Shown here: positions 10,548-20,643 of the stretch, piece after piece
How positions within the stretch are numbered: the first letter of the stretch is position 1
Layout: every line of letters begins with the position of its first letter
Source: an uncultured delta proteobacterium
Lineage (GTDB): Bacteria; Desulfobacterota; Binatia; UBA9968
Assembly (NCBI GenBank): GCA_963847445.1
Contig: CAWJZV010000007.1
Location: forward strand, 32,001-96,000
Reading direction: 5' to 3'
DNA length: 64,000 nucleotides
Translations under genes and position numbers: made by a program
Notes under the pieces: generated by a model
The model's database searches: none
Told to the model about the DNA's origin: nothing
The model's input: the letters and a program-made list of their open reading frames with translations, nothing else

Positions 10548-10614
10548 GGAGTAATGGAGTGCTGGAGTATTGGAGGTCCGGATTACCCACCACTCCATCA
10601 CTCCAATACTCCAA
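10548..10614. repeat. Inverted array of 8-nt units (GGAGTAAT/ATACTCCA)
   Basis: GGAGTAAT GGAGTGCT GGAGTATT GGAG ... CACTCCAT CACTCCAA TACTCCAA forming a long hairpin after the DHH gene stop. Confidence 0.75.
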
Positions 10615-10623
10615 CGAATCCGT

Positions 10624-12030
10624 TTATCGCAACTCCAGCTCGATTTGATCGCGGTCGACGATCAGCGGCAGCATCGCTTCGCGAATGACTTTCTCGCTGA
10701 CTTCGCCGAAGCGCTCTTTGAAACGGTCGAGGGGAACCACGGCTTTGGCCATGGCACGGTGGCCGCCGGCGCTGCCGATATCGTCGTAGAGTTTTTTCAT
10801 GATCTCGCCGGCGCTCTTGACGTAGCCAACATTGCGCACCGAGATGACGACGCGATTGTTTACTAAACCGGACACTACGCTCCAGTCAACGCCTTCGATT
10901 TGCAAGCAAAACTCCGCCATCTGCGGAATCACGTCTTCGCGGTTGACTTCGCCCAAATGGATCACCGCGACGGCGTTGTCGACTTGCAGGTGGCTCAACG
11001 CCCGGCCCATCGCTTCAAGATCTTCCCGCGGCAAGGCTGGTCGCTCGATGCGCGCGATGATCGCCTTGTTGGCGATCGGATAAAGGTAGTTGAAGGCGCT
11101 CAAGTCGGCGAGACTGCTGCCACGCTCGAGAAACAGCGTATCGGTCTTGATGCCGTAGAGCAGCGCGGTGGCTAAGCGCTGCGACGGCTCCATGCCGGCG
11201 GCACGTAGATATTCTGTGAAGATCGTCGCCGTCGAGCCGTAGGCAGTGCGCAAATCGGCGAAGCGCGCCTTGAAGTTGCTCCGCTTCGGATGGTGGTCGA
11301 CGACCAGGTCGACCCGTCCGAGGGTCTGCTCAAAGTAAGGCGGCTGGACGTCGACCATGGCTAGGCGCGCGCCGTCTTTGTATAAGTCATCGGGGGTGAT
11401 CTGATCGATGTGAATTTCCAACAGCTCGATCATCGCCAAATTCTCCGGGCGGGTGATCGAGCCAAACGTCACGATCGGCGTGGTCGTACGGTTGCGCCCG
11501 AGCAACTCGCGCAGCGCCAAAGCGCTGCCGATGGCGTCGGGATCGGGATCATGTTGCAACAGGATGTGGATCTTCTTGCCTTCGTCGAACAACGAGCGGA
11601 TGCGCTCGACTTTCTTGATATTGAGAGTGTCGAGCAGTTGAGTTGCGCAAAACTCGGCGAAAATATCGGCGAGCTGCAAGTGGCGCAACAACGGATCGTC
11701 GGGTTCTTTCGTCGTCTTTTTGCCGTTTTTTTCCGAGGTCAAGGAAACGATCGGGATATTTTTGTCGAGGGCGCGCAACAAGCGGCACACCCGATCCTGT
11801 TCGTCACCGTCACGGACAAAAACCACCGCCTGATCGACATGGTGCAGTTTGATTTTTTTGTAGGTCTCTTCTTTTAGCAGATCGCCATGCCAAACCTTAC
11901 CCCGTTGCCGTTTGATACGCTGGGCGATATTTGCATTGGGCACGAGGTAGCGCACGTCGCCCTGCTCGGTGGCGACATTGCGCATGAACTGAAATAACAG
12001 ATCGTCTTCGCAGATGGCCAGATATTGCAT
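10624..12030 (-). CDS. DHH/DHHA1 family phosphoesterase with N-terminal TrkA-N-like region
   Basis: HDPDPDAIGS, MVDVQ, VVDHHP, YGIKTDT, SAGGHRAMA motifs. Confidence 0.88.
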   Translation of the reverse strand: MQYLAICEDDLLFQFMRNVATEQGDVRYLVPNANIAQRIKRQRGKVWHGDLLKEETYKKIKLHHVDQAVVFVRDGDEQDRVCRLLRALDKNIPIVSLTSEKNGKKTTKEPDDPLLRHLQLADIFAEFCATQLLDTLNIKKVERIRSLFDEGKKIHILLQHDPDPDAIGSALALRELLGRNRTTTPIVTFGSITRPENLAMIELLEIHIDQITPDDLYKDGARLAMVDVQPPYFEQTLGRVDLVVDHHPKRSNFKARFADLRTAYGSTATIFTEYLRAAGMEPSQRLATALLYGIKTDTLFLERGSSLADLSAFNYLYPIANKAIIARIERPALPREDLEAMGRALSHLQVDNAVAVIHLGEVNREDVIPQMAEFCLQIEGVDWSVVSGLVNNRVVISVRNVGYVKSAGEIMKKLYDDIGSAGGHRAMAKAVVPLDRFKERFGEVSEKVIREAMLPLIVDRDQIELELR

Positions 12031-12200
12031 AGGGATATCCCGTGAGCGGGATTTAAATGCCGCGGACTTGCACGGCGCAATCGGCAGCTTGGCGTGTGAT
12101 CCGCACGGCCGGACTCTAGCACCTAGATTCGGTCAAAGCTAGGCAAACCATTGATCCATGGCTGCCGATTCCTTATAAGACAACGAATTATCGAAAGAAA

Positions 12201-13445
12201 GTGAGTACAAAAGGCATGATAAACAGCGGCGAAAGAGGCTTTGGCCTAGGAAAATTCAGCGCCGTGGAACGTGAGCGGCGCTGGGCACGGGTGCGCGAGC
12301 TGATGGCTAGGGAGCAGCTCGATGCCATCATTGGATTTCCCAACCAGAGCCACTGGGATCAGTTCCAAGCCGACATTCGCTATCTCACTCACATCGGCGG
12401 CCACCAGACCGAAGTTGCCGTGGTCTTTCCGCTGGCCGGTGAGCCCACCGCTTTTGTCCGCGGCAGCAACGAAATCGCATGGTGGCGCATCGCCCAGGAC
12501 TGGGTCACCGACATTCGCCCGTCACGACGCGAATGGAGCCCGCCGATGATCGCGCGCATGAAGGAGTTGCAGTTGGACCAAGGGCGCATCGGCGTCAGCG
12601 GCTTGAGCGGCCTGTTGCGTGCGCCCGAGGGAACTGTCGTCAGCGGCATGCTCGACGGCGTGCGCCGAGCGTTTCCCGAAGCCAAGTTTGAAAATGCCAC
12701 CGAGCTGTTGCAAGACGCGCGCTCGATCAAAGGCGCGGAAGAAGTCGCCTGGATGGAACGCGCCGCCGAGATCCTCGACCAAGTCGTCGCCGCGATCCTC
12801 GCCAAAGCGCGTCCCGGCGTGATGGAGAACGACATGGTCGCGACTATTTGGCAGACGATCATCGCCAATGGCGGCGATTATCCATCGATGACCCACTGGG
12901 GCGCAGGCGCCGGCGTGCCTTGGGCCTGCCGCATCGCGCCCCATCGGCCACTGCAAGCCGGCGACTTTATCAACACGGAACTCGAAGCCAAATACGGCGG
13001 CTATATTTCCCAGACCGTGCAGGCCGCTTGTCTCGGCAAGATTCCCGAGGAACTGAAAGGCGCCTTCGATACTAGCGTAAATGTCTTCAACGAACTGGTG
13101 AAGTTCATGAAGCCCGGCATCTCTTATCGCGCCGTGATCGAGTTCTATCAGAAACTGGTTCGTGAAGCCGGCTTCATTCCCAAAGGCATGCTGCTGCACG
13201 GCCGCGGCATCGGCGAAGACCGGCCGCAAATCACCGGCGAGGTTGCCGGCGATATGTACACCAGCGCTACCTACACCCAACATCTCGATCTGCCGCTGCG
13301 CGAAGGCAACGTCTTCGTGCTCAAGCCCGGCGCCATGCCGGGCGACGCGCCCGATTCGATCCGCTGCGGCGACACCGTGGTTATTGAGAAAACAGGCGCC
13401 CGGCGGCTGGGCAAAAGACAGTTTACTTTTCCCGAAATTATGTAA
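12201..13445 (+). CDS. M24/creatinase-fold protein with degenerate metal site
   Basis: ERERRWARVRELM..LDAII (creatinase N-domain), RSIKGAEEV, GDFINTELEAKYGGY, LHGRG, LKPG, GDTVVI. Confidence 0.85.
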   Translation: MSTKGMINSGERGFGLGKFSAVERERRWARVRELMAREQLDAIIGFPNQSHWDQFQADIRYLTHIGGHQTEVAVVFPLAGEPTAFVRGSNEIAWWRIAQDWVTDIRPSRREWSPPMIARMKELQLDQGRIGVSGLSGLLRAPEGTVVSGMLDGVRRAFPEAKFENATELLQDARSIKGAEEVAWMERAAEILDQVVAAILAKARPGVMENDMVATIWQTIIANGGDYPSMTHWGAGAGVPWACRIAPHRPLQAGDFINTELEAKYGGYISQTVQAACLGKIPEELKGAFDTSVNVFNELVKFMKPGISYRAVIEFYQKLVREAGFIPKGMLLHGRGIGEDRPQITGEVAGDMYTSATYTQHLDLPLREGNVFVLKPGAMPGDAPDSIRCGDTVVIEKTGARRLGKRQFTFPEIM

Positions 13446-13535
13446 AAAGTAATTGTCGGCTGGGTCGTTGACGCTGCGCCGCGATTTTAGATACGGTTAC
13501 CGTGGGCAGCAGGCTCAATGGTTGGAGGGAATTGA

Positions 13536-14444
13536 ATGGCTGCAGAAATTCGTTACGGCGTCGAAACCATCGATCATATCGCGATCCCGGTGCGCGATCT
13601 GGCATTGAACCAGGCGTTCTACGTCGAAACTCTTGGGCTTAAATTCAAAACCACCAGGCGCAATCCCGACGGCAGCCCGCGCCAAACCTACGTGCTCGCC
13701 GGCGACAATATCATCGGCCTACATTTACCCGGCGTTAGCGCCGGCATTGCGCCGAGCGGCGCGCCGAGAATCGGTGTCAGCGTCAGCAGCGAGCGTTTCG
13801 CGCAGGTTGAAAACAATTTGCGCTTGGCCAAGTACCCGTTCACAGGTCCCGTCGAACATGCAACCGATGCGCCGCTCACCCGCTCGATTTATTTCGACGA
13901 TCCCGATGGCAACCATCTGGAATTCTGTCTGCGCCGCGCCGAACCGCGGACGGAATGTATCAGCCACACGGTCTTCGAAACCTGCAATAGGAAAAAGGCC
14001 GTGACATTTTACTCGGAAGTGCTCGGCACAGGCGCGCCCATCCGATGCGGCGAGGAAACCATGATGGCGACGCAAAACGGCCAAATGATCGGTCTCGTGG
14101 AAGTCGCGGAACTATCTGAGCGCAGCAAGAAACATGGCCGCGGCTGTCACATGGCCATGGACGTGCAGCAGGAAGATTTCGATTCCATGGTCGCTCTGGT
14201 CGAGCGCCATGGCGGCAAGAGTCAAGGCGACAAACGCGCCGACGATGGCCTGAGACCGGCAGGAGAGCGCAGCATTTATCTCTTCGATCCCGACAACAAT
14301 CGGCTGCAAATCACCGCCCACGCGCCCAATCAGAAAGCAGAACTACTCGACGACGAAGAAAAATGGCGCCGCATCGTCGCCAGCCGCAAAGAGCAAGGCA
14401 AAGGCCTCACCCGCTGGGAAAGCGGCGGGAAGAAACTCGTTTAG
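13536..14444 (+). CDS. Two-domain VOC/glyoxalase family protein
   Basis: IDHIAIPVRDL..FY; SIYFDDPDGNHLEF; second domain ISHTVF..CHMAMDV..SIYLFDPDNNRLQI. Confidence 0.88.
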   Translation: MAAEIRYGVETIDHIAIPVRDLALNQAFYVETLGLKFKTTRRNPDGSPRQTYVLAGDNIIGLHLPGVSAGIAPSGAPRIGVSVSSERFAQVENNLRLAKYPFTGPVEHATDAPLTRSIYFDDPDGNHLEFCLRRAEPRTECISHTVFETCNRKKAVTFYSEVLGTGAPIRCGEETMMATQNGQMIGLVEVAELSERSKKHGRGCHMAMDVQQEDFDSMVALVERHGGKSQGDKRADDGLRPAGERSIYLFDPDNNRLQITAHAPNQKAELLDDEEKWRRIVASRKEQGKGLTRWESGGKKLV

Positions 14445-14470
14445 GAAATTCTTACGCAATCCGGCCATCC

Positions 14471-14563
14471 CGTAGGATGGGTGGAGCGAAGCGATACCCA
14501 TCTCAATCAACTCCGCGTGTGACATCAACCGATGGGTTTCGTCGGAACTCAGCCCATCCTACG
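14471..14563. repeat. GTAG-family REP doublet (REPIN-like)
   Basis: CGTAGGATGGGTGGAGCGAAGCGATACCCATC ... GATGGGTTTCGTCGGAACTCAGCCCATCCTACG between convergent genes. Confidence 0.85.
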
Positions 14564-14666
14564 AGGCTGCTTGGTAGTCATCATCGCGCTTAGCAAAAAA
14601 CGGCGTAGCTAGCTACGTCCTTCGGAAATTCTTCTTTGTGTTCTTTGCGGTGGAATCATCCGATTC

Positions 14667-15692
14667 CTAAGTCTTCGTCGCCAAGATCAGCGTCGTCCCC
14701 GGCAGAGTGTTGGCAATGTCGCCGTGGGTCGCAATTGAATTGAATCCCGCCATTTTCATCCAGTCGGAATATTGCGCCAGCGTCCAGCACTCGCCTTCCG
14801 GCGTATGCGTCAGCGTGTAAACCGAGAAACGCAACGCGAAAGTCGGTTCCGTGCGCTCTTCGTTGGGCACGAAGTCGTTGACGACGAAGATTCCGCCGGG
14901 TTTCAAGGCCGAAAAAGCTTTAGCAAATAATTCCTGATTGCCCTTGGGCGATTCGAAGCGGCAGAAGTTGCTGGCGAGAACGAGGTCGTAGTAGTTCGCT
15001 TCGATATTCGCGGTATGATGTTCGCCGTCGATATAACGAATCTTGCCTTCCAAGCCGCGCTCTCTATTAGCCTTCTGCGCCACCGCGTTGACGTTGGGCC
15101 AATCGAGTTGCGTGACCTGGGCGGTCGGATCGCGCGTGACGATGGTCATGCCGAATATGCTCGAACCGCCGGCCACATCGAGCACGCGCAAACCTTTGCG
15201 CTCGCTGCCGATTTTTAGAATATCGCACAGCGCTTTGGCCGCCGGTTCGGCGATGACGATGATGCCGAGCACGAGTTTTTCCCAAACTTGCAGCTCGGTG
15301 TTGGTATCCATTCGGCTGAGCGGCTTGCCGGTTTTGAGCGATTCTTTAAGATGGGCCATGCCATCCCACAATGCCAAGGCGACATGACGGAAATCACCGC
15401 AATAGGAAGATTTGCCCTTGACCAGAAACGCCTGCGCCGATGGTGTGAGAAAATACTTACCGTCGCGCTTTTCGATCAATGACAACGCCGGCAAGCTGTC
15501 GAGCACGATGCGCGTCGCGCGCGCGTCCGTGCCGGCTTCGCGGGCCACCGCTTCCGCGCTATCGAAACCTTTGTTGATCAGCGTGAAAAAATCGTACTCC
15601 AGCGCGGCGTCCAAGATTTGGCTGTTGGCAAAGTCGCCGAGTATCCGCATCAACGGACGGGGTGAGATTTCCTCTTGATTAGACTCGGCCAT
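14667..15692 (-). CDS. SAM-dependent O-methyltransferase (Methyltransf_2 with dimerization domain)
   Basis: N-terminal winged-helix dimerization region (AALEYDFFT...YFLTPSAQAFL), VLDVAGGS SAM motif, LDWPNV, ALKPGG. Start MAESNQ at 15692. Confidence 0.88.
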   Translation of the reverse strand: MAESNQEEISPRPLMRILGDFANSQILDAALEYDFFTLINKGFDSAEAVAREAGTDARATRIVLDSLPALSLIEKRDGKYFLTPSAQAFLVKGKSSYCGDFRHVALALWDGMAHLKESLKTGKPLSRMDTNTELQVWEKLVLGIIVIAEPAAKALCDILKIGSERKGLRVLDVAGGSSIFGMTIVTRDPTAQVTQLDWPNVNAVAQKANRERGLEGKIRYIDGEHHTANIEANYYDLVLASNFCRFESPKGNQELFAKAFSALKPGGIFVVNDFVPNEERTEPTFALRFSVYTLTHTPEGECWTLAQYSDWMKMAGFNSIATHGDIANTLPGTTLILATKT

Positions 15693-15694
15693 GT

Positions 15695-16489
15695 TTATTC
15701 TTTGTACAGCCCTTCCTTCTTGATCTGCTGATACACACCCTCGAAGAACCAGGCGAAGTAGGACGTGCCCATGCGCATGCAATACTCCAGGTTGAAGCCC
15801 GGACGGGTCTCGGCCTTGCCTTCGATGAGCATGTTCTTCAAAACCATCCAGTCAAGATCGGCATGCGCCATGATGCCGTCATGTTCTTCCAAATCGGCCT
15901 TGGCGTGGACACGAAAATAGACGATCTTTTCTTCGGGGAAATTATAAACCTTGCGCAGCGTCGTACCGAAGAAGCGCGCCCAATGACCGACGGCTTCCTC
16001 GACGCAAAACGACGCCCACCACTCGACCATGGTGCCCTCGTAGAGCACACCGCGGTAGTACTCCAGGAACGCGCGGCACTCGGCGAGCATTTCGTATTCG
16101 ACCATCTCATCGTCGCTGAGTCCGAAGTTGCGTCCCTGTTCGAGGACGATCTGAATGTGGCCGGGCGGCTTGGGATGAATCATCTCATCGGCCACATGGG
16201 CGGCGAAATGCTTTTGCAGCTCCGGATGGCGCTTAAAAAAAGGCAAATGGCGTTGGTAAGCGACACCGTGGAAATTATTGATCTCGGCGACAAAGCCGTG
16301 CCAGTTCTGCCAAAAGATTTTGATCGCCTCCATCGGCAGCGTGCCGTTGCCCATGTCGGTGTGGAAACGACCTTTGATCAGCCAGCGGTCGGCTATGTCG
16401 AGTAAATATTTCTTTAAGTCCGCGATCACTGCGTCGGCTTCCTGCGGCGAAAGTTTTTTTCCGGAAAAATCCTGTCTGCCTAGTCCCAT
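15695..16489 (-). CDS. Heme-oxygenase-like fold protein (TenA/PqqC/CADD-like dimetal oxidase candidate)
   Basis: Predicted all-helical; candidate ligand set DEMIHPKPPGH, CVEE, YFRVHAKADLEEH matches the E..H / E / HxxxDxxH pattern of CADD-type proteins. Confidence 0.7.
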   Translation of the reverse strand: MGLGRQDFSGKKLSPQEADAVIADLKKYLLDIADRWLIKGRFHTDMGNGTLPMEAIKIFWQNWHGFVAEINNFHGVAYQRHLPFFKRHPELQKHFAAHVADEMIHPKPPGHIQIVLEQGRNFGLSDDEMVEYEMLAECRAFLEYYRGVLYEGTMVEWWASFCVEEAVGHWARFFGTTLRKVYNFPEEKIVYFRVHAKADLEEHDGIMAHADLDWMVLKNMLIEGKAETRPGFNLEYCMRMGTSYFAWFFEGVYQQIKKEGLYKE

Positions 16490-16567
16490 AATTCCCTCCT
16501 TACTTTAGCTCTGCCGATACCAATCTTTCCCGATTTCTGTTTCCGACGTTGAAGCTTTGAACGCTTG

Positions 16568-16602
16568 CCTTCGATAAACTCAGGCCCTGAGCTTGCCGAA
16601 GG
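16568..16602. repeat. REP-like palindrome (CCTTCGAC-CTCAGG type)
   Basis: CCTTCGATAAACTCAGG-C-CCTGAGCTTGCCGAAGG, flanked by TTGAAC/G units, inside the operon. Confidence 0.7.
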
Positions 16603-16617
16603 GAACCTTGAACGGAC

Positions 16618-18102
16618 CTAATAGAGCGCCCCCGGATTGAGAATATTATTCGGATCGACCAATTGTTTGATCTCTTTGACGACATCGTAAAGATTGCCGA
16701 GTCGGTTATAGGGCATCGGCCCCTTGGTGCTCAGAGTCGGGGCGGTCCAAACCACGCCGCGTTCGTTACTGAACTGTGCCACCATGCCCATCCACTTGCG
16801 CAGCCGGCCGACATCTTCGTCGTCGTAGGGATTGTAGAAAGTGAAATATTCTTCTTTGATCGCCAGGTCACGGGTGACGTAGCTATCATGCTGCGGCGAG
16901 TGCTCGGCGTCCCAGATGCCGCACTCGCGCTTGGCGGCTTCGTCGAGATCGTACATTTCTTTGAGGAATCGCAGCGGATACATCTTCGAGGTTACCGCGA
17001 ACATGCCGGTGTGGCGCACCACCGTACCACACCAACCGTCCGGTCCCATGACATGCCAGTCGGGCCAGCCATGCAGACCCAGCTCCTGCGCCTTCGCCCC
17101 CATCGCTTTGTCGGCGATCTCCGGCACGTCGACGCCGCCGGCGCTCTCATAAATGCGCCGCATGCGCTTTTCTTTGAACGCCAGCTCGTCCGCGTCACGC
17201 GCCATGACAACGGTTTTTAGGAAAAACCAGCCGTCGTCGGGAATGTTGTTTTTGTCGTACAGCCCCTCTGCCATCGGCCAGTGATACTGCCAGCGGTCGG
17301 TGAAGTGGATGTCGTAGACAACTTCGCCTCGGACTAATTCAACCAGGGAATCCTGCACCTGTTGCAGCTGATCGCGGCGAAACACGTAGCAGTAATCATG
17401 CAGCCATTCGCGCTGGCATTGAATCGCGCGTAGACAAACTTTGCTGATGATCCCCATGGAGCCGGCGGCGAGGGTAAACAGACCCAACAGATCCGGCAGG
17501 TGAATCCATTTTTGAAACGGCCCGAAGGTCGTGCCTTGATTGGCCAGCGCACCCAAGCGAATGGTTTCACCGTTGGCGAGAATGACTTCCAAGCCGAGCA
17601 CCATATCGGCGATCCAGCCGTAGCGTGTCATGCCATAGCCGATACCGCCTTTGTTGATCATCGCACCGATAACCACCGCCGGCCCGTAGGTGCCAAAGTT
17701 GGGCAGCATCAATCCATCCTGGCGCAGCGCATGATGAATCGCGTACACACTGGCACCGCCCTCGGCAATCACGTACTGCATCGGCGAATTTACTTCGAGG
17801 ATTTTGTCCATGCCCAGCATGTCGAGCAAGACGCCGCCCTTGAGCGGCGAGCTGATGCCCATGCCGACGCCGCCCTTGGCGACTATGGGAATCTTATGCT
17901 CGTTGGCGAATTTCAAAATGTCGGCAACCTTGTGATTGCCTTGGGCGTCGGACTCTATACGCACGATCACGTCCGGCAACGCCCGATAGGCGCCGTAAGC
18001 CAGAGTATGCTGATAGTTGATCTTGTCTATCGGGTTCGTCGAAATCCGCCGCGGGCCGACGATGTCGGTCAGCTTGGCGATGATCTCGTCGAGGGAAAGC
18101 AT
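16618..18102 (-). CDS. FAD-binding oxidoreductase (VAO/PCMH, GlcD-like family)
   Basis: LPDVIVR, PIVAKGGVG..GGVLLDMLGMDKILEV, YGWIADMVLGLEVILANGE, GSMGIISK, IKQLVDPNNILNPG. Confidence 0.88.
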   Translation of the reverse strand: MLSLDEIIAKLTDIVGPRRISTNPIDKINYQHTLAYGAYRALPDVIVRIESDAQGNHKVADILKFANEHKIPIVAKGGVGMGISSPLKGGVLLDMLGMDKILEVNSPMQYVIAEGGASVYAIHHALRQDGLMLPNFGTYGPAVVIGAMINKGGIGYGMTRYGWIADMVLGLEVILANGETIRLGALANQGTTFGPFQKWIHLPDLLGLFTLAAGSMGIISKVCLRAIQCQREWLHDYCYVFRRDQLQQVQDSLVELVRGEVVYDIHFTDRWQYHWPMAEGLYDKNNIPDDGWFFLKTVVMARDADELAFKEKRMRRIYESAGGVDVPEIADKAMGAKAQELGLHGWPDWHVMGPDGWCGTVVRHTGMFAVTSKMYPLRFLKEMYDLDEAAKRECGIWDAEHSPQHDSYVTRDLAIKEEYFTFYNPYDDEDVGRLRKWMGMVAQFSNERGVVWTAPTLSTKGPMPYNRLGNLYDVVKEIKQLVDPNNILNPGALY

Positions 18103-18110
18103 GGGGAATC

Positions 18111-18226
18111 AATTGCAAAATGGAAAATGGTAAAATGGAAAATTTAGGATTCGGATATAGATTACGCAGAGTTTTCCCTGAGAAATTGTTATCCGGCATT
18201 TTCAATTCTCAATTACCATTTTCAAC
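18111..18226. repeat. Inverted degenerate 7-8-nt repeat arrays (AAAATGG / CATTTT-CAATT)
   Basis: AAAATGGAAAATGGTAAAATGGAAAATT ... CATTTTCAATTCTCAATTACCATTTTCAA in the SDR/FAD-oxidase spacer. Confidence 0.65.
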
Positions 18227-19006
18227 TTATTCAGAGTCTGCAGATGACTGCCGCCGGTAATGAGAATATGGCTGCCGGTCAGCATGCTCGCCTCATCGCC
18301 GGCGAGAAATGCGATCGCCCCGGCGACATCTTCCGGATAGAGATGCTTTTTCAGCGGCCGGGTTTCTTTGACTCGCTCGCGAAACGCCTCCGGCATGATC
18401 ATCGAAGCATCGGTCAGCGTGAACGCTGGAGTTACCACATTGACGGCGATCCCCAGCGGGCCGAGCTCAATCGCCATCGTATTGGCCATCGATTCCAAGC
18501 GCCGACTTGGCCGCCGCGTAGGCGCCCATGCGCGGCAGCGGTTGCTGCGCCAAGCGGGTGCTGACAACGATGATCTTGCCGGCCTTTCTCTCTTTCATAT
18601 CCGGCAAGCAGGCTTGCACACAGTGATAAAACGCCGACAGTTCATGGTCGATCGCCTGATGAAACTTTTCCCAGGCGATTTCATGGAGCGGGCTAACTTG
18701 AAATGGAAAGTAAGCATTATTGACCAGCACGTCGATGGCGCCGAGTTTATCTTTGACGGCGTTGACCATCGAATCGATCTGCACCCGCTGCGTGACATCG
18801 GCCTGAAAGATCATGCCGCGGGCGCCGGCGGCTTCCACTTGGCCAAGAACCTTTTGCGCCGCTTCCTGGTTTTGATGGTAATTGACGACCACCGCCGCGC
18901 CGCCCTGGGCTAGTCGAATCGCCGCCGCTGCGCCGATGCCCCGGCTCGCGCCGGTAACCAGAGCGATTTTGCCATGAAGTGTGGGGAGCTTTTTCTCTTC
19001 TGCCAT
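18202..19006 (-). CDS. Short-chain dehydrogenase/reductase (FabG-like), frameshifted near 18495
   Basis: TGASRGIG, VLVNNA, YAAAK, ELGPLGIAVNVVTP, PEDVAGAIAFL. Confidence 0.9.
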
Positions 19007-19019
19007 GGCTCGGCCAGCA

Positions 19020-20502
19020 CTAGATCGCGACCTTATCTTCCGCCGCGCCCTTTTCGTATTTAGCGGCGTTGTTTTTAAACGATTCGAACTTCATCCGCAC
19101 GTAAGGCGAGGTGTAGCCATTCAAGATGCGCTCAATGCGGCCCGGCTTGCTGTAAAAAGACTGAAAGGCCCAGCCCGTCAACTCACCCAACTGCTGGCGC
19201 GTCAGGTGCTTAGTCGGCATGACGCTATGCTCCAAGTCATAGAGACTCAGATTGTCGACTTCGATGATGTTGTTCTTCACCGCCGCTTTATAGATCGGCG
19301 AGCCGGGGATCGGATTGAGCACCTGGATCATGACGATGTCTGGATCGATCTCGTCGACCGCCTTGGCGCGCTGGCGGATTTTGGCTTCGTCGTCTTCCCA
19401 GAAGCCGTTGAGATAGGTCGAAATTGTCGAAATATCGTTCTTGCGCAGGAACTGAATTAGTTCTTTCAATTCCTTGACACCGACTTTCATCGTTCCCTTG
19501 CGCGCTTCGGCGATCTCTTCGTCCGTGCCGCCGTCGATGCCGATCAACACTTGATACAAGCCGACTTTGCGCAGCCGCGGCACCAGGTCCATGTCGCGAA
19601 TCAAGTTCTGCGCCCGGCTGAGCATGAACCAGCTCATGTCCAGCTTTTTTTGCTCCAGCGCTTCGACCAAGTCAACCATCTTCTGCCGGTCGGAGTTGAA
19701 GTCGTCGTCCATGAAAGTCAGAGCGCTTAACACCGTAAGTCTTGTTGAGCAGTTCCATTTCATCAGCGACTCGCTTGCCGCCTTTAGTGCGGTGCGAACT
19801 GAAATCCCGTGGATTGCGCTGGTCGACCAACCACCACTCGTAGCAAAAATGACAAGCCCCCTCGCATCCCCGAGAAGTCACCGATTCGTTGTAATTGGGT
19901 ATCACCGAATAGCCATAATACTTGTCCATCGGAAACAGATCGTAGGCTGGCAGGGGAAGTTCATCGAGATTGGCAATGACTGGCCGCGCCGGGGTCAGCA
20001 CGACCTCGCCATTCTTCCGGTAGGCCAAGCCCTTGATGCCGCTGAAATCAGGCGCAGGTTTTTTCAGTTCCTCCAACAACTCCCCAACCGCATGTTCATT
20101 GTCGGCAAACACCCCGACAATCGCGAAGTCGAGTTGCGGATTTTCGGTCATAATCTTGTGCGGCACCGCGGTGTACATCAAACCGCCGCCGATGGTGACG
20201 GTTTGGGGAGCGAATTCTTTGATCTTTTGCATCGCCGCATGAAAGCGGTTGAGCGTCGCCGCGCCGCCCGCCGCCGCGATCATGGCGCCAAAGAACACCG
20301 CATCCGGCCGTTGCCGCTTCACCTCATCGATCATCTGGTCGTCGTTCAACCCCAGCGCGCGGCAGTCGAGGACCGCCACCTCCGCGGCTTTTTTCTCGCG
20401 AATAAAAGCCGCGACCTGAGCGTGCAATGAGTTGACGGCCAAATGACGGTCGCCCCACGGCGCCCAATTGCCCATGGGTGGGGTAATAAAGAGAAGTTTC
20501 AT
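19020..20502 (-). CDS. Cobalamin-binding radical SAM protein (frameshifted near 19725)
   Basis: N-terminal B12-binding domain (LDCRAL..RPDAVFFG..GG), LDELPLPAYDL, SRGCEGACHFC CxxxCxxC, FMDDDF, LNPIPGSPIY; GGAG then ATG at 20502. Confidence 0.9.
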
Positions 20503-20643
20503 GCTATCTCCTGGTACCGGCGGGATTAGTTTCAATTAAAGTATTTAATAGGTTAATGATTGTCAAGGTGAGCCGCAGAGAGTATCGGCGACGAACGGTT
20601 AAAACTCGATAGAAATATTAGCTAACCGGAGCTCACTTATCAG

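Noticed and set aside
14667-20502. Reading the radical SAM as BchE and the methyltransferase as BchU/CrtF (pigment synthesis)
   Set aside because: Only family-level resemblance; no chelatase, other bch/crt or reaction-centre genes occur in the window.
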